From NCBI RefSeq assembly GCF_964204645.1, contig NC_134035.1, positions 12,494,451-12,558,450 of the forward strand: a DNA stretch of 64,000 nucleotides, given 5' to 3'. The notes below the pieces were generated by a model, which searched no databases, was not told the DNA's origin, and worked only from the letters and a program-made list of their open reading frames with translations. The position numbers and the translations under genes are program-made. Source of the DNA: Tubulanus polymorphus (Eukaryota; Animalia; Nemertea). Within the stretch, counting starts at the first letter, position 1. The number at the start of each line of letters is the position of its first letter. Below, piece by piece: positions 14,701 to 27,423 of the stretch.

Positions 14701-17394
14701 GACTTACAGCGGTTACGAGGTGAACATAACACGCGATACCGAACGAGAAAATATCGTCTATTACAAACCGAAAAATCAGCAATGGCGAGTTGAGAAAATA
14801 TCGGTGCGGCGAAACATCTCGTTTTACGCGTGTTGCGACGAGCCGTACCCGGATATCAAATTCACCATACACATGAGACGTCGAAGTTTGTTTTACATTA
14901 TAAACCTGATTTGTCCTTGTTTACTGATTTATCTTATATCGTTTCTGGGCTTCTTTTTGCCGGTTGAAAGCGGCGAGAAAGTGAACCTCGAGATCACCGT
15001 GCTGTTGGCGTTGGTCGTGTTTTTGTTGATGGTCGGAGAAACTATGCCCCCCACGCCCGATACTATTCCAGTTGTGGGTACGTATCTTCACTAATTTTAC
15101 CTGAAAACTTCTACAATATTCTTAAAATTCACATTGAAATCGCTATATACGTGATGTAGAAATAAAACGTAAAAAATGAATAAAATGGGTGACTTTGTTT
15201 ACGGCTATAAACACACGATAGAAAAAAGATTTCCAGACGATTTCCAGACTAGATTTTTCTAATCAGGTATCGAAGGATGGGAACTAGTTTAGACGCCGAA
15301 GGTTGTATTCAGAAATAACATTTAATATAATAGACGATCAACCTACGATAAATACCAAGGATCTGATTGACTAAAAGTAAACAAACCGCCTTCTTGAATT
15401 TCAGAATTTCAAAATTAGAATAGATTGAGGAGCGTATCTAAAGCATATTATTGTTGAAGGACTTGTTACTATTTCGGGGAACTTGGCACTTGAAATGGCG
15501 CAAAAATGTCATCAACTTTAGTAACTCTTCTGATGAAACCGAAGACATGCACATACAAACCCGTGCCAAAATGGGCTACATAGGCGTTTGAATTTCTTTT
15601 ATTGATCTAAGGTGTGGGGCCCAGGATAATCACGGGCAACATCGGTTTTAAGGGATTTACAGGGCTAAGGATTTTAAGGGTACCAAATATTTTTAGGGAC
15701 TTGTATAGGTCCCACCAGTCCACCTTGCTTGATGAGTAACCGAATAACTAAACGAAAGCTATCGTTACTTCAAATAAACCTCGTTACTTTTCAAAGTACT
15801 ATTTGCCATTTGTCTTTGCGATTATAGATTGTAATGTAGTTTTTGATGCAGGGATCGGCTCAGATTTTTAATCAAGGAAATGGCATCGAATCTGCAGAAA
15901 TAAATGGTTATAACGTCGTGTGAAATGAATTATGCGACTCCTGAAGTCGTTATAAACGAGCTGTTTTATACGACGAGCGACGAACGAACAAAAGTTCGCT
16001 ATTTTATCAATTCCTGTCACATATTTGCAGCGAAAGCCGTCAATTTAACGCCGACCTCTAAACATCCGGCGAATCAAAGCGTCAAGACGTTTGCGGCGTC
16101 GTTGATGACGGTTTGACGCGTTGAAAGACTTACAACACAAAACGTTGCCGTAAAAATGAATTGTTATCGCGATGGAGCAGTCGGTGTTATCGTAACCGAG
16201 CACGGGTGGTAAATGATTGCCAGTGATAGCGTCACCGTTGCAGCCACCGCCGACTTCATCGCAGATCTTTCTCTTCCTCGTTTTATGGGCAGAAGAAAAT
16301 TCTCGGCTATTTTTCGCGTTTATTATCCGTGATGAGCGGATTAACGAACGGTAAAATGACGCATTGTACACTTCAGCGCACAGCTTGTATACATTCTGTA
16401 CCCGACCAGCTCACCACCTAATCATTCTATAATGTGGCCTTTATCCGTTAAGATTGGATGCAAAAATATCCGGAATATCGGCGGCAACGGCTTCGACGTG
16501 ATTTTATATTCACAAAATGAAAGGAACATGAAATGTTATGATGGCCACTTTTCTATAAATGAATATGAATAGTACTGATAGAATACTCTTGGGGCCTGTT
16601 CGACATGTTCGATTATTTTCAACTCACAACTGCGCTTGGACTTGGTCGAAAATGGCTCAACGTTTCGAAAAGTTTATTATCGATTTGAATTATCTCTTTA
16701 GAGTCAAGAAGTGACTCCTAGAATTAACTCCAGAGTTCTTTTTCAATCGTTTGACTCTTTAGGGTCAAACCCTATCTCACACATGTGGAAATGACTTCTA
16801 GACTAGGTTAAAATTGACACCAGATTTGAATGAGTTAATTTTCATTTATTTCTTTGGAGAGTCGACTACCAACTGCAGAACTGACTCCTGGGCCAGGTTT
16901 CACGAAAAAGTTAACCTCAAATTTTTGGTGTAATTGCCATTGGTTACTTCATGTTTTCAATGAGGACAACAATTCAAACTTAACCGTTTTTAGACTTAAA
17001 CACTTTCGTGAAACTGGACCCTGGTCTTGACTCAAGAGATACGTAAGCTCTTTTTCTATTCGTCAGCCCGATCCATAAAATGAAATCTTATTCTGTGGTA
17101 ATAGTTCTTGCTTAACGTCATCCAAACTCGTTGATAACTGGCTCTTTAGTTACTCCATTACGATCGAAATAGTTCGTGGCTTCTCATTCAAATCAGTAAT
17201 CGAATTCAATTCATCTCGCCACGAAATTCAGAAAAATATGATGAATATTTCTTTCTGATCTTACAACGGCGGAGATTTTCGGGATATTATAGATCACTGC
17301 ATCGTGATTAAACTAGACATACAACACCGAACATAACGGCGAATGCGCGCTCCCCTTTCCCCTTTCCCCTCTCCCCTTTCCCCTCTCCCCTCTC

Positions 17395-17458
<64 letters not shown>

Positions 17459-17613
17459 CCTCCCTCCCTCCCTCCCTCCCTCCCTCCCTCCCTCCCTCCC
17501 TCCCTCCCTCTCCCTCCCTCCCTCCCTCCCTCTCTCCCTCCCTCCCTCTCTCTCCCTCCCTCTCCCTCCCTCTCCCTCCCTCTCCCTCCCTCCCTCCCTC
17601 CCTCTCTCCCTCC

Positions 17614-17676
<63 letters not shown>

Positions 17677-17681
17677 TCTCC

Positions 17682-17725
<44 letters not shown>

Positions 17726-19541
17726 TCTACTACTGTTCTCTGTAATCCGTAATCTATTTAAAGCCTGATCAGTATAAATGGCTAACGTGACAGAATAAGC
17801 CTTCCAAATCGTAAAATAACAAGTCATCTTATTTGAGTAGTTTGACGGCGGATAAGCGCGCGGTATGCGCAGCAATTTCCAGGCAAATTGAATTTCCAGA
17901 TTATCGCCGCGATACGGCTTCTGCGGTGGTGATATAGGTGCGCGTCGGGAATTAGTGCCGTGTCGGGCATTTATTTCTAAGGCGTTTGTCGGTTCCCACG
18001 CGAAATTCGTTCATCTCGGCGATAAATATACAATCGATAAAAACGGCGTAAAAAGATCGTTCGCTATAATTACACGCGCGAATAATAGATATGTTTCGGG
18101 GTTGGATAAAATCAATTCATGCTATGATATGTTCACCGGTAGTACAGTTTATAGACATCGAAATGGTGACCATGCCTGACTATCCATGTTTTATGGATAC
18201 ATGTTTGTAATTTCTGCCGGTATCCATCGATTTGAATTACAGTATATCTTGTTGAAATATTTGGTCTTATTGCTTTGGGGCATTGCCAATAAAACTGGAC
18301 GTAGATAAGTAGGAAGTCACAAACTGTGGACATTTACAAGAAATGATTTTGTTAACTGAAACCACGAAGTATCGGCTCTAATAGCAATCATCAGTTGGAA
18401 TGAACACCAAAAGTTTATTTTTTTATTAATTCAACTGAAGCGGTACTAAGTTTCTATCAAAACTCAATGAGTTGATTATGCCTCCGGCTTAAGTTAACTC
18501 AAACTGTGAACAAAACCGACCTAGTTTACATTTTAATTCGAATGACTCATCGGCAATAGTTCCAGAGCCATCTGCATCTGACAACCGCTTCAAATACAAA
18601 TCATAATCAACTAAATTAAATCTATTGATATTCATAGTTGTCAATATTATTATAGTTTGGCAAACAAAATAAATTGACTTCAATAACAATTGTTGAAACA
18701 TTCCGAGTCCGTGTTGTATAACAGTAACGTAAATAAAATCCTACTTCAAGAACGGAGAACATATTCCGAAAAGTTTCCTTGAACTAGAAGGATAAAATGG
18801 CGGAACTTTGGTTTGACAAATAACGAGGGACGGTGTGGGCGAGTGGTTAGAGCGTTCGACTCGTCGAAGCGAAGTCGTGGGCTCGAACCCCACATATGAC
18901 AGTCAGTCTCGATAATAACCTACTAACGATTACCTTTTATTGGGGTACCTGGCCTGATAGATGACTCCTGAGCGCTGTTATTTTCGGTGTTATGTTCCCT
19001 CGTGGATTTTATATTTGAACTAGTAATTAACCTGGGGCAACTTGTCATTTTATTTTCAGGGATGCTGGTTGGTACTACAATGGTGATGGTATCTCTAGCG
19101 CTCGTCATGGCCGTTATAGTAACGAACATCTACTTCAAGAAAGACACAAACCACCGAGTTCCGGTCTGGATTCGAACGATCGTACTCGACTGTTGCGGCT
19201 GTTGTTGCAAACGAAAAACCAGCAGGTCTCCTCGGTTCCCGTCGATCGAGAAAATCGGCGGTCGAAGTTTCATGATCGACGGTGATATAGATCTGACGGA
19301 TTTAGGCGCGTCCCCGCACGCGGAAGGCGACACGTTCATATATCATTGTGATACGGCATTTCGGAACGGTCATCTGCCGTATTGTGCGCACGAAGGGAAT
19401 AGAAATCATCCGGAGGAATGGCAACGATTAGCCTACATACTCGATCGTACGTTTTTCTGGTTGTTTACCGTGTTAAGCGTTGTCACGTTTGTTTTTATCA
19501 TCTGGACGATACGACCAGTTTTCAAGAAAAGCCACATGTGA
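11793..19541 (+). CDS. Gene 1: nicotinic acetylcholine receptor alpha-type subunit (alpha9/alpha10-like Cys-loop channel), 5 identified coding exons; 468 aa if the ATG at 11793 is used
   Basis: Exons join in frame through GT..AG sites (231+45+110+539+482 = 1407 nt). Protein has GYD..SRPV, WxDEYLTW, IWVPD, Cys-loop CSLNVRYFPFDEQKC, loop B SWTY, loop C YACCDEPY (vicinal Cys = alpha type), M1-M4 and the GEK motif. The true N-terminus is uncertain. Confidence 0.95.
11872..12023 (+). CDS. Gene 1 coding exon, N-terminal helix (GVALAGRRQSYEYLLKRRLKRGYDTSSRPVRDDSSSITVTIAMSLYHILDT)
   Basis: Acceptor tgtttttag at 11863-11871 (phase 1) and donor ACG|gtaagt at 12024; YD..RPV motif. The frame is also open back to gccATG at 11793. 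Confidence 0.9.
13383..13427 (+). CDS. Gene 1 45-nt exon (NERHQTLSALLSIRL, loop D)
   Basis: ttctgttacag| ... |gtgagt; matches the DERNQ..WIRQ segment and the conserved 45-nt nAChR exon. Not in the ORF track. Confidence 0.92.
13997..14106 (+). CDS. Gene 1 110-nt exon (QWYDEYLTWNKSDYGNLKMIWLPANQIWVPDLVITN-Y, loop A)
   Basis: tctttcag| ... TA|gtacgt (phase 2); WxD..L.W and IW.PD motifs; conserved 110-nt exon size. Confidence 0.95.
14539..15077 (+). CDS. Gene 1 exon encoding loop E, Cys-loop, loops B/F/C, M1, M2 and the M2-M3 linker
   Basis: ttctatctacag|T GCC ... GTG G|gtacgt; lies within ORF 14450..15094 with unmistakable nAChR motifs. Confidence 0.97.
16890..17022. mobile_element. MITE-like element with TIRs GGGCCAGGTTTCACGAAA / TTTCGTGAAACTGGACCC
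   Basis: ~18-bp imperfect terminal inverted repeats around ~100 bp of non-coding sequence. Confidence 0.65.
17350..17722. repeat. Polypyrimidine (CT)n/(CCCT)n tract in the last intron of gene 1
   Basis: Direct reading. Confidence 0.99.
18827..18975 (+). mobile_element. tRNA-derived SINE-like sequence in the last intron of gene 1
   Basis: A-box-like TGGGCGAGTGG, B-box-like GGCTCGAACCC at tRNA spacing; no complete acceptor stem. The 3' boundary is approximate. Confidence 0.6.
19060..19541 (+). CDS. Gene 1 last exon: M3, intracellular loop, MA helix (EEWQRLAYILDR), M4, stop
   Basis: ttttattttcag|GG ATG (phase 1 matches the upstream donor); VP.W MX motif, EW..LA.ILDR.F motif, TGA at 19539-19541. 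Confidence 0.95.
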
Positions 19542-21969
19542 CACGGATACGAGCTAATCGTAAACCGGGTATCAATCATTGACACCGTATCGCGTAGTCG
19601 TCGTTCTCAGCGCGGTATCTAGCGTTAAGTCCTACAATCAAAAAAACCAAACGAGCCCGAAACGATTCCTCGAGAGATGATATCTTAATCGGCGCTTCGA
19701 ACTGATGAAAATCGCTGCGACGAAAACTACTAAAATACAAGCGAAAAAAAAACGATAATTCTGAGTCGATATTAGATGTTCATTGTTCCAAACGATTATT
19801 GACAAGGGTTTGAGAAAAAAAAAATAAAGTCACATTTGTAAATAAGATATATTAGAGGAAAGTGAAAAAAAGAACGAACGAGAACCAGTTCCGTGCGAGT
19901 TAAATCTAACTGACGGGATTTTAGAATTATTCCAACCCTAAATAAAATCATATAACAGTCAGGTGTGAAACTCGATGCAGATTTCTTTCGCAAAAACTAC
20001 AGATTTATCTCAGCCGTGGTTTGACATGATTAACCGACTCGCAAGACAAACTACTGCACTATCTAAATTCCCTTCCATGTATTTGTTGCCATGTTTGGAA
20101 GTCGCATGATGACGTCATTCGCGTGACCGTGTAAAGGTGACTTATAACTTGCTAGAAATCTTCATAAAGAATCTATTCCAGTCAGATTTGCAGGTATAAA
20201 CGCATTAAAGGGCACGCCATGACTACTCGGGGAGTTCAGTATTGACTATAGTGAACTGATATAAATCTCAGTGTAGAGTTAAACAAATAAAAACCGGCAG
20301 TTGATATGTAGAAAAGTTAATTATCTAACAGTTTCAGGGTTACTTCTAAACCCCATCGTCAGAGAAACTATAAAAAGGATAGTTGATTCAAATAAATAAA
20401 AAAAATGATAATAACTTTTCTGTATATCTACTGTGGGTTTGTATTTGTTAAACCAGATTTATATAGAATACACACACTAATTACACGTACCTTCCTTCAA
20501 TTGTCAGAAGTAATAGTAAACAGTTTAATTTCTCTGATGATGAGGTTGAGAAATAAACCTCGACATTTTCAGATAATAAACTTGTCTATGTATCTACTGT
20601 GGGTTTTTATTTTGTTTTCAGTAATCCTTCAATATTTCAGTTAAAGACTTCGCTGGTTAAAACCTGTTCATTTAGATACAAACAAACGATGTGTAGTTAG
20701 TAGTATTAGGAACCGGCGGAATAGTTTATACTCAAGGTGCTCAATATTGTGTTCGGTTCATTTTTCATTACGCGGGGACGCGATCTCTCTCGTTTTTTTT
20801 CCGTTTCTTGTTAAATGCTTAATTACCACGACATCAATCATTATTTGTGTCCCGTTTTCAGCCACGCCGTCGAAACCGCCGCCGCGCAAACAAGTTCTTT
20901 ACGTGTTGTGCAGTAAAAAAAAATAAAGATATATGAGATATGATACCTGGATGCACAGTTTCAGTCGTATAGCTTTTACGTGGATTAGTTCATTGAGTTC
21001 AAACAGTAAGTTTTTGTCGATTCGAACTCTTAACTGTGGGTCTTATTTTCGGTGCTTCATCCAGGTTCCGCAGTTATACATGACTGTTTCACTTCAGTCA
21101 AAATAATTCATTTTTAATAAATCTGAAAAACTCCACTGTGATTTTTAAGAACGTTGGTAGGGTCCTAGATACAGCGGCAATAGTTTCAACGTATGACTAA
21201 ATTGATGAATTTCTCTCGTCACTGTTGAATCAGTTTTGAGCAAGAATTTCTAAAAACGTTTTCTCAGAAATTAAGAAATGAACTGATTTCAACCTTTACT
21301 CAGGTGTGCGGAACTGGGAACGCGCTCCTAACGTAGTTCATAGTGTATTTACATACAGCGAATAGTTTGAATTGACACTGTGTATAAGAGAATATTATTC
21401 ATCCAGAGATGAAGCCGGGCCGGGATGGTGGTAATATCGATATCGCGCGCGTCATAAAAAGGACAGATGAAGTGGACACCGAGAGTCATTAGCCAATAGA
21501 AGGTGGTGTCATTTGCATTCTTAGATAACAATCACAGAAACGTGGAAGATACGACGTCTGACTAGGAGGGAAAGTAGGAATCTGTGTACAGAAAATAAAT
21601 TGTGTCTTCCAGATATAGAATTCATTTCGTATCATTAAATTGTTTGACCGCCATTGAAATGATGAATAATTGAAAATGGTGTATAATTCGTTGTCCAATG
21701 TTATGACGGCCCTTTGTTGAGGTAGAATGTATGTATGTATGTATGTATGTAAATAAATGGTTAACCAAATCATATGACCAAAAATTGAAGTATTAAACGT
21801 ATCTATTATTACCCATAGTATCTTGGCACACACCAATACATTATATTCATTGTAATATAGACACAGTCACCGTCTGATACGTCATATGGTATTCTTAAAC
21901 GGGCGCGCGTGATCGGTTCAGCGATCATTTTGAGCCACAATGCGCTAGAGGCTTTTGCTTTTTCAGGAA

Positions 21970-22058
21970 GACCATCCTCCTCCTTCGGCAGGGATTCGAA
22001 CCCGATGGCATCGCTAGAGACTCAGCCACGTCACGAAACCCTGCCACACTAGACCGGA
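21970..22058 (-). mobile_element. tRNA-derived SINE-like head
   Basis: Minus strand GGTCTAGTGTGG...GGGTTCGAATCCC; related sequence at 22204-22228 (inverted) and 61351-61560. Confidence 0.55.
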
Positions 22059-23051
22059 TGGGTATAGGTTTGCACTTGCTGCACCAATCAGATTGCTCGT
22101 TGTATAATCGCTGAGGCAAATTTCACAGATTATAATAACTAGAAAACCCAGGCTAAAATAAACCGGGATTTCTGATCGGCTAATAATGACATCATCTAAG
22201 CTACGGGCTAGTGTGGCAGGGTTTCGTGCCTTGTGGCCCAATTAGATCCAGCCGTGGACAGTTGCTTCCGAGTACCTAACGAAAGTTCAGTTGCTCAGAG
22301 TAAATCGGTGAATATTTTGACACTGCATTTTATAATTAAGTTATCAAACCGATAGTTTGCTTCCACCAACTTCTGAACAACTATTCTCGGGTCCTATAGG
22401 TATTCATTGTACATATATTTAAATGATATTGATATTTAATACAACGTTGTTTGCTTATCAAGTGAATCCATCATTTTACGCCAGATGATACAGAACATGA
22501 GACACTATGTGTCTCATGTTAAACTAGCTGAGGCCAATCGGGTTCGGCACGATACTTGTCTATTTGCTTTTTGTATGATATATTATACGATACGATATGA
22601 TACGATATGATATGATATGATATGATATATGTAATCGTGATTGTTTGTTTGGTATAGTATTTGTAATATACACACAAAGTAAATAAATTAATGGATGTTT
22701 GTCGTCATTTTATTTTTTGCTCAGGTAGTTATGCAGATATCCTGTAATAGAGGCTATAAACGACGGACGTAGGAACTACCCGAGGTGCTGGCCGTGAAAT
22801 GTCACTTTTTACTCCACGTAGCCGCTTGCACTTGTGGGCCAATATGACGCGCTGTGACGTCATCTATATTTCTGTTGACAGCGCCACTTCCTTGAATACA
22901 GAGGACATGCGAGTGACGTCATCATTTTCGTTTGCCCGTCGATGTTAGACAACAGCCATGCACGATCACTCAAGTATGGAGGATTACGAACTGTGGGATC
23001 CGTCCAGAATCACTTTATGTGTTTGCACAAGCAAACGGCCGCTTGCACTTT

Positions 23052-23312
23052 CCAATACTCATATCCAATGACCTATCAAATAACATCCTACCCAATACAA
23101 ATACCTAGTTACCTACCGAATAATACCCTACCCAATACAAATACCAATTGACCTATCAATAACACCGTACTCAATACACATACCCAATGACCTATCAAAT
23201 AACACCATACTTAATACACATACCCAGTGACCTACCGAATAATACCCTTCCCAATACAAATACCAATTGACCTATCAAATAACATCCTACCCAATATATG
23301 TACCCAATGACT
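23052..23312. repeat. ~41-bp minisatellite (CCAATGACCTATCAAATAACATCCTACCCAATACAAATAC-like), about 6 copies
   Basis: Recurrent GACCTATCAAATAAC / ACCTACCGAATAATAC words. Confidence 0.9.
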
Positions 23313-24457
23313 GTTACACATTATGCATGTTGCTATTCGAGGCTGATATTTGCAGGTTATTGATTCATCTCATGTTCATTGAAATGACCATTGGAAAAGC
23401 ATTGGATCGTCAATGACTTAAAGGAACCTTATATTTGACGGAAAGAAAAAGACACGCCGAATTCCACTGATAGATATCGTGTTTATTGTGATATCCGTGA
23501 CGACATTCACAGAGGAGATGAGTGCGTGAGAGAGAGAGAGGAGGTAAAGAGGAAGAGAGCGAGGAAGAGGAGCTCAAGAGGGAATTCATCATCATCTCCT
23601 GACCAAATAACAATCTACTTTCCATCGTCCATCCAGCATCCGCAGCAGCAGCATCTGCAGCAGCAGCAGCAGCAGCCACGCGATCCAATTACACCAAACT
23701 GAATGACATATTGAATTCTTACCTCACGTATATCATAAGACGGAGCCTCGTGCGACCGGCGAACATTGAGAGATAGGCTACAGATTATTGCGTTCATCAA
23801 AAATCATATAACCAATAAGTCTCATAATCGAATACATATATGACGGTCTCCGTCTTCGGGTTGAAGAATTACTGAGTCATGTGCCGCTCGTCCCGGGGTC
23901 AATAAGGGTTTATTTATTCCAGTTACAGAGACACGCGTGACAATCGCGGATTAATCATTACTAATGGTAATAAGCGGCTAGAGAGGCGTCCTATAACACA
24001 CCCGACACGTAACTGGCGTTTATCTCGTTTGGGCGGAGAAAAAAACAACTCGGTCGGTCGCCGCAGCATCGAGGTATTTATCTTAATTACCATCAGACGC
24101 GCGTGGAATCCGTCGCCACGCAATTAATAATTAAAAACAAAAGCTTCCGCGCGCGGACACACGCATTAAGAAAAAAAAACAACAACAATCTAACCCATTA
24201 TCGCCATCAGTTTAAATCGAAACATCAATATTTCATTACGTTTGGCTTTGAAATTGGTGGTAACGTTATTCAGACCGGTCTATAATGACGGTCATTTGTA
24301 AAGTAAATCGTATGCGGCTCCACGCTTTTCCGCAATTAGCAAAGTATATGTGTTTGTATGTATCGAGATGCTTTAACTGTCTCTATAAAATAGAAACAAT
24401 AGATGTTTATCATTGAAGTTGTTGTTTACATCATTCAGACCGGTCTGATGTTGGTTC

Positions 24458-24566
24458 CAGTGGCGGATCTAGAGTCTTCCCTCAAGGGAGGGGTGCAACC
24501 CTAAAATAGGGCATAATATTTTTTGATTTTCCTGTACGCCTGCACCCTCCCCTGGATCCGACCTTG
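24458..24566. mobile_element. Small MITE-like element CAGTGGCGGATCTAG...CTGGATCCGACCTTG
   Basis: Imperfect TIRs plus internal inverted GGGAGGGGTGCA / TGCACCCTCCCC. Confidence 0.55.
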
Positions 24567-27296
24567 GACCCAGGTTGAATTATAAGAAAATTCACACAGA
24601 AATCTTTTTTCTTCTGATTATTTCAGAGTTTTCGGAGTAAACTATTTGGCCATACATGTTTTTTCCACACGAAGCGATTGTAGTTGTAGGAGGCAACATT
24701 TGTTACGTTACATGATAGATACAAGGAAGTTCATTTGTATTTTTCTAGCAAAATGCTTGTATATTTGACTCTCTATATACAGAACATGTTATAGCAATAG
24801 CGCCAGTGCCATCTCTCCACATATCCAGTGATAATTTCCCGGTATCCGGCCAAGGTTTCCTGGTTAATAAATCGTCGGTTTATTCATAGAGATTTGATGA
24901 GCTACGTGCTCGCTACTTATATCCAATAATCCTCGCTTTACAAAAATATATACTAGGCATAAATTCGTCAAATTTGATCGACATCGATGACTCTGAATTC
25001 ATGGGCAAAAATAATACCATTTTCCTGGAAAAATAGTGTTGAAAATGCTGCGCAGCCTCAGCGCAGTCATATTCGTCGATTTAAATCCTATTTGATCGCG
25101 TTTGATCTCTCGCACAGTCGACTGTATTCAATATTATACCAGTAACTTGTTTCACATTTGTTTTGAAGTGAAGCAAACATTTTCTCAGCGAGAAATCTTT
25201 CTTATACCTCTTTCCCTTATCGCCGACTTGGTTTATCGCTGTTTCGTCTTTTTCTCAATGAATAATCTCGACGATAAATCATCGGGTTTTAATTTTTGCT
25301 GCACATGTTTTCGCTGGCGCTGATAAGACAGAATATAAGAAGGGATGTCGACTGTAATCGATGATCAAGTGTAGGCCTCTATCTAATGCAGGTTTGTGAT
25401 ATGAACAGCATTTAAGGTAGATATCAAATCTAATTTCGAGCTAGGTTCAGTGTTAGAGAATCCTTGAAAAATATCTTTCGCGATAATCTTGAATTAAAAG
25501 TCTTCTAGCTACTGTGACAATCATGAAATTACATTTTGGGAACCGATGAATGAGTCTTAGGCCAGTTGCACAGTCATGGCTCAGGTGTATAAAACCAGTC
25601 TCGTAAGACCAACTTGGCTTGTTCTAATCTCTAACAACTCGAGAACAATGTTCGGATTTTAAGACGACGTTTGGACTGATATCACGCCCGTAACTAGGCC
25701 CAGGATTTTGACATTTATACAGAAATATATTAGTATTCGACTGATTGCAAATACATGATTTATGTTAATATTATATATATATATTAATATATGTATATAC
25801 TACGATGCCATCTATTGAGTGCGAGCGCTACTACAGATACAAACACACCAGCTGCTTTCCCTTGAACATAAATCAACTTAAATTAAACACAGAAATTGTC
25901 CCATCAATTAGTTATGATTTCCATTTCGTAGAAATAATCAATGAAACCAATGAACAAGGAGGTTGTGTAAAAACTCCTTCAGGAGGGGAACTTATACGTA
26001 TTTAATAGTTCATACATAAGCAGTAGAATAGCCCGTATACTCAGACGGGGAGAACAGAGAACAGATCGTAGAACCCATTTGTAATCTTAATTAGAACATA
26101 GTAATTTGGATAAATCAAGTGACATCATTTTTTTTTCATCATTACTTTTCTTTTTTTCTCTAAACTGCAAATAGTGTATATGGATTCTATCAAAAATTTA
26201 GTCTTCATGAATTTTTGATTCTATGTATATGAGTGAACCTGGTGCTAGAATAGAGGATTGATAAGATAGAATGCAGCCGCTATTAGCGAATAGGATTTAC
26301 GGTAATGGCTATAATGACTAACGCGACTATGTGTCCGTTTTTATACACGATTCGACAATGAAATGTAAGGAAGTCAAACCCTGATCAAAGGCTAAAAATA
26401 ACCCGCCGTTTGTCATTACAGGGACTGTCAAAATAAATCCCCGATTCGACAGAGAACATGATTGAAAGCAAAATCATGACTGACGGAGATGGAATTTAAA
26501 ATATCAAGGCTATTATTTTCCAGTTCAGATCGGTATTTTGCGCGGTGTCGCCGCGAATGATATGTGGCATGCGCGTGGATATGAATGTTTTCGTTAGATA
26601 AATCTGAAATGAGAACTAGTTGTGGATAAGGGGTCACCTTTTCCGCGACCTTGCATCAATACTGTTATGATATATTGACGAATAGTTAATAAGCGATATC
26701 ATTATCTTGATGCGTGATCAGTGTTTTTGAATTGAGGATGTGTTTTAACATTATTACTGCAAGGTTCATAATAGATCGTTGTCATTATTTAGACTAATAA
26801 TCAATAATCAATAATCATTTTCCATAGCAGTTTATTTAAACTTAAGGAATCAAAATTGTTTTATTCATTTTATTTCTTTAACATCATTCTCATTTAAGTA
26901 GTCAAATCTAACTTGTTCGTGTGGAACTCAAGTCAGTGTGAAGAATATAGTTCCTATTAATACGCAGTGGGTTCGAATCCTTGAGTTTTTCTTGTTTTTG
27001 AAAAATCAATCACGAGCCCTGCTTAAATAATGCACAGTGGGTTCGAATCCCACAATAATTCAGCATCACTTGTCACTCTCGGGTTATCGCAGGCTTCTCC
27101 TACTCGGATTATGCAATAATTACTGCATCATCATTGTGACTACCCCACGATCAGTTTGGCCTCCAGGAGAAGATTTATTGGTCCCGCGAGTCATCAGAGG
27201 CATGGGTAGTCTATGCTGCCGTTGTGACCCAGTAGTAAACGTAATTGACATTAAATTGAGTTAGCCTCTGGGTTTAAGTCGACACCACAGTGTATT

Positions 27297-27423
27297 GGAC
27301 CCAGTTGCACAGTCCGAAAGTGGTCTTAAATCTTAAGACTGGTCTTAAGTTGTTAGATTGGCTAAAGAACTAAGTTGGACTTAGACTGGTCTCGAGTCTA
27401 AGCCACGACTATGCAACCGGCCC
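27297..27423. mobile_element. MITE-like element with GG(G/A)CCAGTTGCA...TGCAACCGGCCC terminal inverted repeats (family E)
   Basis: Imperfect TIRs, internal AGACTGGTCTTAAG subrepeats; related copies at ~10364-10655, 25559-25700, 32180-32411, 36395-36490, 41728-41820, 62372-62513 and 62660-62740. Confidence 0.8.

Noticed and set aside
18827-18900. Functional tRNA gene (also 21970-22058, 44419-44478, 57212-57268)
   Set aside because: A/B-box-like motifs are present but there is no complete cloverleaf or acceptor stem; better explained as SINE heads or relics.
19823-19828. AATAAA as the gene 1 polyadenylation signal
   Set aside because: Several AATAAA hexamers occur between 19.8 and 21.1 kb in AT-rich sequence; cannot choose without 3' end data.
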